Positions 28,111-36,200 of a stretch of DNA of 64,000 bases are shown here, piece by piece. Where the stretch lies: assembly GCA_035500495.1 (NCBI GenBank), contig DATJXC010000015.1, forward strand, positions 13,439 through 77,438, read 5' to 3'. The stretch comes from Gemmatimonadales bacterium (GTDB lineage Bacteria; Gemmatimonadota; Gemmatimonadetes; Gemmatimonadales; GWC2-71-9). Position numbers and translations under genes: made by a program. The notes under the pieces were generated by a model. That model was not told where the DNA came from and ran no database searches. It saw only the letters and a list, made by a program, of their open reading frames with translations. The first letter of the stretch is position 1. Each line of letters opens with the position of its first letter.

Positions 28111-29093
28111 GGGATGATCCGCCGAGCCCCGACCCAGCGCGGGATCCAGTAACTACCCTCCGGGTCGCTCGCCTCCAGACGCGAAATCCTGACGCCGGTC
28201 GAGGAGCTGTGGATGAACTTCCCTTCTCCGACATACATCCCGACGTGCGTGACGCCGGCGCCCGGCTGGGCGGAGAAGAGCAGCACGTCCCCGGGGACGA
28301 GGGCGTCGATCACCGGGGTTACCTCGGTGCCAGCCTTGGCCTGGTCGCGGCTCATCCGGGGTAACCGGATGCCGTGCTGCCCATACGCGTATTGCACGAG
28401 CCCCGAGCAGTCGAACCCGTTCTCCGCCGTCCCGCCCCATTGATACGGCGTACCCAGCGCCACCAGGGCCGTCTGCACGACGTCCGCCGCATTACCGGTG
28501 ATCGTGACCGGCGGCTCCGCCGGTAGGGGCGTGGTCTTGGGGGCCGCCGAGGCGGAGGTCGTGCCATGCTTCCACCAGATCGTGAGGCCGACAGTCGCAC
28601 CGACACCCCGTGGCCCGTCCATCGAATTCCAGAAGCCCTTGGGGCCACGATCCACCGCCCGGTAGGCGACCTCCACGTTCAACGAAGCGACCGAGAACGG
28701 ATGCCATTCGAGTCCCCCGCCGGCAGTCCACAGCGCCGCGAGTTTCTCCGCCGTCGTGTCGGTGGACATCCCGATGCCCGCGCCCAGCACGGCGTAAGGA
28801 CCGAAGGTCCGGGGTTCCCGGCGCAGCAGCTGCAGGTCGTACCCGACCCCGTAGTAGGCAGCGCGGCGGCCCAGCGAATCGCCCACAAGGGCATCTACGG
28901 CAAAGCCGTTGCGGAACGGACCGGCCAGGACGGAGCCGAATCGGATGGCATAAGAGCGGGAGTTTCCGTTCCCTTCCCACTCGCCATAGCGCAGATCCAG
29001 ACTCCGGCGCTGCGCTGCGAGTGTGGCTGGGGCCAGCGCCAAGACGACCGCCAGAGCGGTCCTACCCGGCAGGCTGCTGGCTCTCGATCTCAA
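28107..29093 (-). CDS. NlpC/P60 (C40) peptidoglycan endopeptidase fused to an N-terminal 8-strand OMP-like beta-barrel domain
   Basis: The C-terminus …YQWGGTAENGFDCSGLVQYAY…GDVLLF……THVGMYVG.GKFIHSS is the NlpC/P60 Cys-His core. The N-terminal ~170 aa follow a signal peptide and show about eight alternating amphipathic strands, ending …VGLTIWW. Confidence 0.85.
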   Translation of the reverse strand: MRSRASSLPGRTALAVVLALAPATLAAQRRSLDLRYGEWEGNGNSRSYAIRFGSVLAGPFRNGFAVDALVGDSLGRRAAYYGVGYDLQLLRREPRTFGPYAVLGAGIGMSTDTTAEKLAALWTAGGGLEWHPFSVASLNVEVAYRAVDRGPKGFWNSMDGPRGVGATVGLTIWWKHGTTSASAAPKTTPLPAEPPVTITGNAADVVQTALVALGTPYQWGGTAENGFDCSGLVQYAYGQHGIRLPRMSRDQAKAGTEVTPVIDALVPGDVLLFSAQPGAGVTHVGMYVGEGKFIHSSSTGVRISRLEASDPEGSYWIPRWVGARRIIP

Positions 29094-29364
29094 GAGATTT
29101 TCGCTGGGCCATCCGGTGAGACAGAAGATGCGGCATGCGGCGCATCAGCCGCACCCAGATCCAGAGCGCGCCAAAGCCGAAGACCAGCATGCCGATCGCG
29201 ACCGGCAGCAACATGCCCCCCGGTGAGTGGAACCGGAGACCCGCCAATGCGCCCAGCCACACCCCTAACGACGAGGCTCCCCACGCCACGAGAGGTGTGA
29301 GGAGCCAGCCGACGACGACGATGAGATGCGCAAGCCAGCGGGGCCAACCGCCCGCCCCTCCCAC
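29062..29364 (-). CDS. hypothetical small membrane protein
   Basis: 100 aa with two or three hydrophobic helices (…HLIVVVGWLLTPLVAWGASSLGVWLGALAGL…, …MLLPVAIGMLVFGFGALWIWV…). It abuts the upstream gene. Confidence 0.45.
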   Translation of the reverse strand: MGGAGGWPRWLAHLIVVVGWLLTPLVAWGASSLGVWLGALAGLRFHSPGGMLLPVAIGMLVFGFGALWIWVRLMRRMPHLLSHRMAQRKSLEIESQQPAG

Positions 29365-29979
29365 TCAAGCCTCTTGGCGCACGAGCGAAATCAGAGCCAG
29401 CACGGTGAGGGTCAGCACCAACCCTGCACCGCTCGTCACGGGGAGTCCTTCCGGACATCCCAACACCCGGGCGAGGATGCCAACGACCAGTGCTCCGATC
29501 ACGACCGGTGCGGCGATCTGGACGAAGGAGGTCCGTTGGCGCGCGTTGCGTCCCGCGACGAGCATCCCCCCCATCCAAGCGAGGTAGGTGCCGAGCATCC
29601 ACCAGATCGGGAGATACCACCAGGTGCTGTTGCCCCCAATCGCGTCCCATGTCCAGGGGAAGGCTTTGAACGGGCGCAGCAGCACGATGTCGAAGGCGCT
29701 GAAGACGACCGTGCCCCAGAGACCGATGGCGGCGGCACCCGCGACGCCCTCGGTCTCACGCGCCACCGCCCACTCCCCAGGGAGCAGGCTCGCCGCCACA
29801 CCCCCCGCGAGGACGATCAGCGTCTGCACGGCGGCCAAGCCGGTCCCCGCCGGCATCATGCGGGAAACCGCCAAGAAGGCCACGACCAGTACGCCGACGC
29901 AGAGACCCACCTTGGTCCCGTTCGCCAGAACGGAGCTGAAGTTCGAGCGGTCGGTGGTCGCGGGAGCGCTAGAGGTCAT
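29365..29979 (-). CDS. hypothetical polytopic membrane protein
   Basis: ~204 aa with five or six TM helices. The start is trimmed to the ATG at 29979 (MTSSAPATT…). No family was recognised. Confidence 0.5.
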   Translation of the reverse strand: MTSSAPATTDRSNFSSVLANGTKVGLCVGVLVVAFLAVSRMMPAGTGLAAVQTLIVLAGGVAASLLPGEWAVARETEGVAGAAAIGLWGTVVFSAFDIVLLRPFKAFPWTWDAIGGNSTWWYLPIWWMLGTYLAWMGGMLVAGRNARQRTSFVQIAAPVVIGALVVGILARVLGCPEGLPVTSGAGLVLTLTVLALISLVRQEA

Positions 29980-30046
29980 CGCTGAACAGGTCCGGTGTGG
30001 GAGGCGCCGATAATCTAGCGTGCCCGGATAGGGGGGCCAACAGCGG

Positions 30047-30826
30047 TCACCAGACGAGCCCGAGGGCCCCGGCCGCAAGCCGTAAACCGATCAGCGTCAG
30101 ATCGGGATGCACCGACTCGATCTCCTTGGACAGCGGGGCGACGAGTCCCGCCAGTCCCCCGGTGGCGACGGTGAGCGGGCGACGCGACTCCGGCCACTCC
30201 CCTTTGATGCGACGAACCACACCGTCCACGGCATCCACGGTACCCCAGAGGACTCCCGCCCGGATGCAGTCCTCGGTACGGCGGCCGATCACGCGGGGCG
30301 GAGGGGTAAGCTCGGTGGCGGGGAGTTTGGCGGTGCGCCGCACCAGCTCGTCGGCCGCCGTGCGAATGCCCGGCATGATCACCCCTCCGATGAACCGCCC
30401 GTCGGCGGTGATGCAATCGAAGGTGGTTGCCGTACCGAAATCGACGACGATGGTATCGCGGTGAAACAGATGCACCGCGGCCAAGGTGTTCACTACCCGA
30501 TCCGCCCCGACGGTCAGGGGCTCATCGACGTCGAGCCGGATGGGAAGAGGGCTGGCGGGACCCACCATGACCGCCTCCTGCGCGGTGGCGACCCGGACCC
30601 CTTCGGCAAGACTCTGCGTGACCAGCGGAGCGACCGAGGCCACGACGGCGGCGCGGACCCCGGTCGGCGAGTGGCCCGCATTCACCAGGTAGGCGGACAG
30701 CAATGCCGCCCACTCGTCCGGAGTGCGCTGAGCGGTAGTCGTAATCCGCCAGTGACCTTCGAGAGTCTCGCCGCGGAACAGGCCGACGGTAGTCTCGGTA
30801 TTTCCGACGTCGAGCGTCAGCAGCAT
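30047..30826 (-). CDS. coaX: type III pantothenate kinase
   Basis: The N-terminus MLLTLDVGNTETTVGLF and the later …VVDFGTATTFD… match the CoaX/Baf family. The start is trimmed to ATG 30826. Confidence 0.9.
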   Translation of the reverse strand: MLLTLDVGNTETTVGLFRGETLEGHWRITTTAQRTPDEWAALLSAYLVNAGHSPTGVRAAVVASVAPLVTQSLAEGVRVATAQEAVMVGPASPLPIRLDVDEPLTVGADRVVNTLAAVHLFHRDTIVVDFGTATTFDCITADGRFIGGVIMPGIRTAADELVRRTAKLPATELTPPPRVIGRRTEDCIRAGVLWGTVDAVDGVVRRIKGEWPESRRPLTVATGGLAGLVAPLSKEIESVHPDLTLIGLRLAAGALGLVW

Positions 30827-30869
30827 GGGGGGAAGATACGGTCGGCGCGGAGGGGGCCGCCACACAGAC

Positions 30870-31631
30870 TCACGCGAGCGTCACCGACCCCTCGCGCACC
30901 GCCAGCACACCCGCGCCTTTCCCGGTCTCGATGCGCAGGGCGCCATCATCATCGATCCCCCCGGCCTTCCCCTCGCGCGGTCGGGCGAGCGCCCGGCCGT
31001 GCAGCCAGTCGCGCGCGGCGAACCGCTCGCACTCGAGTGCCGTGAGGCGCGGCGAGTCCGGCAGTCGCAGCAGTAAGGGTATGAGGCGGTCGAGTACGTC
31101 GATCCGCCGCACCCCCGGGACCACTTCCGCGAGCGCGATCGCGGTCCGGCGCAGGGTTTCGGGGATCGGGTTGGCAACGTTGATGCCGATTCCCGCCGCG
31201 AGCCATTGCAGCGTTTCGCCCTGCCACCGCGCCTCGCCCAGGACTCCGGCGAGTTTGCGCCCATGCAGCAGGACGTCGTTGGGCCATTTCAACGACATCA
31301 CCGGCGCTCCCACGACGGCGTCGACCGCGTCCGCCACCGCCAATCCCAAGCGGATCGATTCGACGCCGGGCGGGGCGTTGCCGGCGCGAGGACGATACAG
31401 CACACCGAGCCAGACGCCCCCCGACGGGGAGAACCACGTGCGGCCTTCACGTCCCCGCCCCGCGGTCTGCGTGTCGGCCAGCACGACCGTTCCGGCGGGT
31501 GCCCCCCGGGCGGCGAGCTCGTGCAACAGATCGAAAGTGGAGGTGACTTCGGACCGCCAGTGACACGCCGGTACCCCCCAGCGTTCCGCGAGCGCGGCGG
31601 GGGAGACTCCGTCAACGCTCAGCTCGGCCAC
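30870..31631 (-). CDS. birA: biotin--[acetyl-CoA-carboxylase] ligase (group I, no HTH domain)
   Basis: The BPL core is …VVLADTQTAGRGREGRTWFSPSGGVW…, followed by …KWPNDVLL.GRKLAGVL.E…. The start is set to GTG 31631, and everything upstream of it is Arg/Gly-rich. The exact start is uncertain. Confidence 0.85.
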   Translation of the reverse strand: MAELSVDGVSPAALAERWGVPACHWRSEVTSTFDLLHELAARGAPAGTVVLADTQTAGRGREGRTWFSPSGGVWLGVLYRPRAGNAPPGVESIRLGLAVADAVDAVVGAPVMSLKWPNDVLLHGRKLAGVLGEARWQGETLQWLAAGIGINVANPIPETLRRTAIALAEVVPGVRRIDVLDRLIPLLLRLPDSPRLTALECERFAARDWLHGRALARPREGKAGGIDDDGALRIETGKGAGVLAVREGSVTLA

Positions 31632-32455
31632 GCCGTGATCCTCCCGACGACGAGCGCCGCCAGGCCGACTGCCATCGCCGCTTTCAACGACCGGCTCGCC
31701 GTGGTGAAGCGATCCTGCTGCAACCGCAGGGCGGCCAGCAGCACGAGCACCTGGGCGAGCGCCGCGATCGCGAAGTAGGCGGTGCCGTATCCCCCCGCCA
31801 GCGGCAGGAGCACGCTCACCGGCACAAAGGCGATGCACGTCCACATGGCAATGCGCCGAGCCGTCTCACGACCGACGCGAACGGGGAGCGTGCGGCGACC
31901 GACCGTGCGATCCCCCGCTTCGTCCGCCAGGTCCTTCACCAGCTCGCGCCCGAAGTGGATCCAGGCGGCGAGCATCCACGGCACCATCCCCGCCCCGAAT
32001 CCTCCGACCGCCATGGCACCGAAGGCGAGCGGGAACCCCGCTACGAGGGCGACGGTGAGATTCCCCGTCGGGCCGAGGCGCTTCAGCCAGGGAGAGTAGG
32101 CGAACATGAGCGCCAGGACGAGCAGGGCCGCCACCACTTGCGAGCCTCCTACGAGCGCGGCGCCGCCCACCCCCAACAGTCCCCCGAGCCACATCACGAG
32201 ATTCGCCGTATCGCGCGAGATGCGCCCGGCGGCGATCGGGCGCCCTCCGTGCGGATGGTTGATTCGATCCACCGGGGCATCCTGCACGTCGTTCCACACG
32301 TTGCCGGCAGCGCCGAGGCCGACGCTCGAGAGCGCGGCCCACCCAAGTAATGGGGGAACGGCAAGCGCCCCGAGCGCGATCCACCCGCCCGCGAGGACAC
32401 CCGCCGCCGCGAGGACGAGGTTCGGCGCGCGAACCAGGCGCAGGACGTCACCCAC
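31619..32455 (-). CDS. UbiA-family prenyltransferase
   Basis: 278 aa and polytopic. It has the first Asp-rich motif NDVQDAPVDRIN and a second charged loop (…DLADEAGDR…). The substrate is not assignable. Confidence 0.8.
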   Translation of the reverse strand: MGDVLRLVRAPNLVLAAAGVLAGGWIALGALAVPPLLGWAALSSVGLGAAGNVWNDVQDAPVDRINHPHGGRPIAAGRISRDTANLVMWLGGLLGVGGAALVGGSQVVAALLVLALMFAYSPWLKRLGPTGNLTVALVAGFPLAFGAMAVGGFGAGMVPWMLAAWIHFGRELVKDLADEAGDRTVGRRTLPVRVGRETARRIAMWTCIAFVPVSVLLPLAGGYGTAYFAIAALAQVLVLLAALRLQQDRFTTASRSLKAAMAVGLAALVVGRITAWPS

Positions 32456-33575
32456 CCAGCAACTCCTCGTAGACCGCCTCGTAGCGCGGCACGATGCGAT
32501 CGGTGGAAAACTCGAGGGCCCGGGCCACGGCCTGTCGGCGAAACCGCAGGTGCAACGCCGTGTCCGTAAGGAGACGCATGGCCCGGTCGGTCATGGCAGC
32601 CACGTCGCCCACCGGTGTGAGGTATCCCGTGTCCCCCTCCACGACGACCTCCGAGAGTCCGCCGACCGCCGTCGCCAGCACCGGGACGCCGCACGCCATC
32701 GCCTCGAGGGCGGCCAGGCCGAACGATTCGGTCTCCGACGGCAAGAGAAACAGGTCCGCCTCCCGCAGCAGGTCGGCGACATCGTCCACGCGCCCGAAGA
32801 ACCGCACGTCGCGGCGGACTCCGAGCCGCTGGGCCTCGTCCTGCACGAGATCACGGTCGGGGCCATCGCCCACGAGCACGAGGGTCGCCGGCACGGTCTT
32901 CCGCACGCCCGCGAACACGCGCACCACGTCGGCGACACGCTTGACGGGCCGGAAGTTGGACACGTGGATCAGGATGCGGTGCCCGGGAGGCGCGATCGCG
33001 TTGCGCAGGTGGCCTTCCGCCGCGGGATGGTACTCGGCGGGATTGATGAAGTTGGGAATGACGTCCACCTGGCAATTGACACACCCGAACGCCCGGTAGG
33101 TCTCCTGGCGGAGAAACTGCGACACCGCGGTCACCCGGTCCGACTTTTCGATCGAGAATCGGGTCAGGCTGAAATAGGAAGGATCCCGGCCCACCAGCGT
33201 GATGTCGGTGCCGTGCAATGTCGTGAGCAGCTGCATCTGCCGCCCTTCCTCCTCGAGCATCTGCTTGGCCAGCCACGCGGTGGCGGCGTGCGGAATGGCG
33301 TAGTGCACGTGCATGATCTGCAGGTTCTCGCGCAGGGCCACCTCGTGCTGTTTGACGGCCAACGCGAACGCATAGGGCGAGTGCTCGAACAGCGGATAAT
33401 CGGTGGGCACCACTTCATGGAAGGTGACCCGCTCGGTGAACCCCCGCAGGCGAAACGGACTCGCGTACGAGATGAAGTGCACTTCGTGACCCCGCCGAGC
33501 CAACGCCAGCCCAAGCTCGGTCGCCACCGCGCCGGACCCGCCATAGGTGGGGTAGCAGGTGATGCCGATTCTCAT
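32448..33575 (-). CDS. bshA: N-acetyl-alpha-D-glucosaminyl L-malate synthase (bacillithiol biosynthesis GT4 glycosyltransferase)
   Basis: The N-terminus MRIGITCYPTYGGSGAVATELG..LA.RGHEVHFI…, then …MHVHYAIPHA…LAKQM…, closely parallels B. subtilis BshA. The GT4 C-terminal E-x7-E region is present. Confidence 0.85.
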   Translation of the reverse strand: MRIGITCYPTYGGSGAVATELGLALARRGHEVHFISYASPFRLRGFTERVTFHEVVPTDYPLFEHSPYAFALAVKQHEVALRENLQIMHVHYAIPHAATAWLAKQMLEEEGRQMQLLTTLHGTDITLVGRDPSYFSLTRFSIEKSDRVTAVSQFLRQETYRAFGCVNCQVDVIPNFINPAEYHPAAEGHLRNAIAPPGHRILIHVSNFRPVKRVADVVRVFAGVRKTVPATLVLVGDGPDRDLVQDEAQRLGVRRDVRFFGRVDDVADLLREADLFLLPSETESFGLAALEAMACGVPVLATAVGGLSEVVVEGDTGYLTPVGDVAAMTDRAMRLLTDTALHLRFRRQAVARALEFSTDRIVPRYEAVYEELLGG

Positions 33576-34537
33576 GAGTGCGAAGCGCGAAGTGCGAAGT
33601 GCGAAGTGGTTCGCCAGCGTTCGAGAATCTGGCCGGCCATCTGCTCAGGGGAGGCGCTCGCGTCCAGCGACCAGACCGGCGCCCCCAGGAGCTGATGGCG
33701 CAGCCAGGTGTCCTGCCGCTTGGCGTATCGGCGGGTGGCCGTAATGATCGCCTCCCGCATCGCCGTGGGTTCGAGCCGCCCTTGGAGCATGGCCACGACC
33801 TCCCGATAACCGATGCCGTCGAGCCCCGCCGCGCTGGGCGCCGTGCCGCGCGCCAGCTCGCGCTGTACCTCGTCGACCCACCCGGCCGCCAGCATCCGAT
33901 CCACCCGGTCCGCGATGCGTCGCCGCAGCACTTCGCGCGGCAAGGTCAGGACAATGTACCATGGCCGCATCACCCCGAACTCCCTCGCTTCCCGTTGCCA
34001 CCAGGACAGCGGCCGTCCCGTCAGGAAGGCCACCTCCAGGGCCCGACTCCCCCGTTGCCGGCCGCCGCCCCGAAACCGTGGGTCCAGCCGCACGGCAAAG
34101 CGCGCCAAGGTGGCATCGGGCAGCCCCGCCGCCCAGGTCGAGAGCCGCTCGCGCCGTACGGGATCGAGCGGCGGCTCGCGGAACAGTCCTTCGGCCAGGG
34201 CCCGGACGTAAAACCCCGTGCCGCCCACGACCAGTGGCAGGCGGCCGGCCGCGCGGATTTCCGCGAGCCAAGCCGAGGCGTCCCGGGCGAACCGACCCGC
34301 GCTGTAGCGCTCGCCGGGGTCGATGAGATCGAGACCGTAATGCGGTACCTCGGCGCGCAGCGCGGGCTCGGGCTTGGCGGACCCGATGTCGAGCCGGCGG
34401 TACACTTGCCGCGCATCCGCGGACACCACGCTGAGTGGCACCAGCCGGGAGAGCGCCGTGGCGACCGCGGTCTTCCCGACCGCCGTGGGACCGAGCAGCA
34501 CCGGAGTGAGAGGGCGAGCCGTCTCAGCTCCTCCCAA
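33572..34537 (-). CDS. miaA: tRNA dimethylallyltransferase
   Basis: It has the P-loop …LLGPTAVGKTA…, then …VVSADARQVYR.LDIGSAKP…. The start is uncertain. TTG 34537 is proposed (a GGAG lies 7-8 nt upstream), whereas the ORF track begins at ATG 34597, inside mutL. Confidence 0.88.
   Translation of the reverse strand: MGGAETARPLTPVLLGPTAVGKTAVATALSRLVPLSVVSADARQVYRRLDIGSAKPEPALRAEVPHYGLDLIDPGERYSAGRFARDASAWLAEIRAAGRLPLVVGGTGFYVRALAEGLFREPPLDPVRRERLSTWAAGLPDATLARFAVRLDPRFRGGGRQRGSRALEVAFLTGRPLSWWQREAREFGVMRPWYIVLTLPREVLRRRIADRVDRMLAAGWVDEVQRELARGTAPSAAGLDGIGYREVVAMLQGRLEPTAMREAIITATRRYAKRQDTWLRHQLLGAPVWSLDASASPEQMAGQILERWRTTSHFALRASHS
33578..33605. repeat. tandem heptanucleotide repeat, 4 units (GTGCGAA / GCGCGAA on the plus strand)
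   Basis: The plus strand reads gtgcgaa-gcgcgaa-gtgcgaa-gtgcgaa, immediately upstream of the bshA ATG. It encodes the last 10 codons of miaA (…TSHFALRASHS). Confidence 0.8.
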
Positions 34538-36200
34538 ACCGCCGCTCCAGCTCGGAGCGCGGGAGCTGCACGATCGTCGGCCGGCCGTGCACGTCATGCG
34601 CGGGGAGCGTCGCGGTCAACAATCGCACGACTAGCTGGCGAGCTTCCGCCGGGTCGAGGTGGTGCCCCGCCTTGATCGCGGCCCGGCACGCATAGGTGGC
34701 GGCGAAGCGCTCGAGCCGGTTGGCCCATCCGCCGAAGCGGCCGCCGGCCAGGTCGACGACCAGCTCCTGCAGACAGCGCCCCGCCTCGAACCGCGGGTGC
34801 GGATTCGGCGCCGTATGCACCACGACCGTGCGCCCCGAAAACGGCTCGAGCTCGTATCCGACCCGGTGCAGCAGCTCGCGGTGCGCATCCACGGCCTCGA
34901 GCTCGGCCGGGGAGAACTCGAGCGTGAGGGGCAGCAACAGACGCTGCGCCGGCGCCCCATCCCCGTTCAGCTGTCGCATCACCTGCTCGTAGAGGACCCG
35001 CTCGTGCGCCGAGTGCTGATCGACGATGACGACGGCGTCATCGGTCTGAAACAGGAGATAGGTGTCGAACACCTGGATCAGGTCGGGCTCGGCTGGTCGG
35101 GCGCCGGAATCACCCGTGCCCGCTGACCCGGGGGCGAACAACTCCAGCACGGCGACATCGGGGAGCGGCTGTCCCAACCCCGCCCACGCGGGCGCCGACC
35201 CCGCGGCGGCGTCGAGCGGAACGAGCGCCGATCGCACCGCCTCACCCACCACTTTCTCGACGAAGTACTTGTCCTTGAACCGCGCTTCCAGCTTGGCCGG
35301 ATGCACGTTCACGTCCACCACATCCCCCGGCAGGTCGAGGAAGAGCGCGAGGGTCGGCCGGTCCCCGGGGGCAATCGCGGAGCGATATCCCGCCTCCGCC
35401 GCTCGGATAATGAAGGGATCGCGGATGGGGCGCCCCCGCACGAAGACGTAGGCCTTCCGCCCGGCGGCTTTCGCCTGCGAGGGACGCTGCGCAAATCCCG
35501 TGACCTCCAGGTAGCCCTCCCGATGAGCAACGGGCAGCAGCGTATCGGCCAACCCTCGCCCCCACAGGGCGTAGATGCGATCGATGAGCCGGGTCGCCGG
35601 AGGCGCATCGAGCAGCACTCGACCCTCACTCGTCAGACCGAACGCGACGTCGGGGCGCGTCAAGGCGAGCAACGTCAGCGTCTCCACCGCCGCCCGCGTA
35701 TCGCTGGCCGGCGAGCGCAGGAACTTGCGACGGGCGGGTGTATTGAAGAACAGCCCGCGCACGGTGACCGTCGTACCACGCTGCCGGACGGCGTTTTCCA
35801 CCGCTTCGACCTTCCCGCCGACCACCCGGAGTCGCGTGCCGTGGACGGTATCCGGCGAGGTCTCGAGCTCGAATCGGGACACCGACGCGATCGCCGGGAG
35901 CGCTTCGCCGCGGAAGCCAAAGGTGGCGACGCCGATCAGGTCCGCCGCCTCGCGGATCTTGCTCGTGGCATGCCGTTGGATGGCCCGCTCGGCGTCGGCA
36001 CGCGACATCCCCTCGCCGTCATCCGACACCCTGATGAGAGTGTGCCCCCCCGCTTCCAGTTCCACGCGGACGCTCGTCGCACCGGCGTCGAGGGCATTCT
36101 CCGCCAGCTCCTTCACGACCGAGGCGGGCCGCTCGACTACCTCGCCCGCCGCGATCTGGTCGGCGACGTGCGCGGGAAGCACGTGAATCTTCTCGGTCAC
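34524..36200 (-). CDS. mutL: DNA mismatch repair endonuclease MutL
   Basis: The N-terminus is …IHVLPAHVADQIAAGEVVERPASVVKELAENALDAGAT…. The C-terminal endonuclease motif DQHSAHERVLYE is present. The start is trimmed to GTG 36200, which overlaps the upstream stop (GTGA). Confidence 0.95.
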   Translation of the reverse strand: MTEKIHVLPAHVADQIAAGEVVERPASVVKELAENALDAGATSVRVELEAGGHTLIRVSDDGEGMSRADAERAIQRHATSKIREAADLIGVATFGFRGEALPAIASVSRFELETSPDTVHGTRLRVVGGKVEAVENAVRQRGTTVTVRGLFFNTPARRKFLRSPASDTRAAVETLTLLALTRPDVAFGLTSEGRVLLDAPPATRLIDRIYALWGRGLADTLLPVAHREGYLEVTGFAQRPSQAKAAGRKAYVFVRGRPIRDPFIIRAAEAGYRSAIAPGDRPTLALFLDLPGDVVDVNVHPAKLEARFKDKYFVEKVVGEAVRSALVPLDAAAGSAPAWAGLGQPLPDVAVLELFAPGSAGTGDSGARPAEPDLIQVFDTYLLFQTDDAVVIVDQHSAHERVLYEQVMRQLNGDGAPAQRLLLPLTLEFSPAELEAVDAHRELLHRVGYELEPFSGRTVVVHTAPNPHPRFEAGRCLQELVVDLAGGRFGGWANRLERFAATYACRAAIKAGHHLDPAEARQLVVRLLTATLPAHDVHGRPTIVQLPRSELERRFGRS

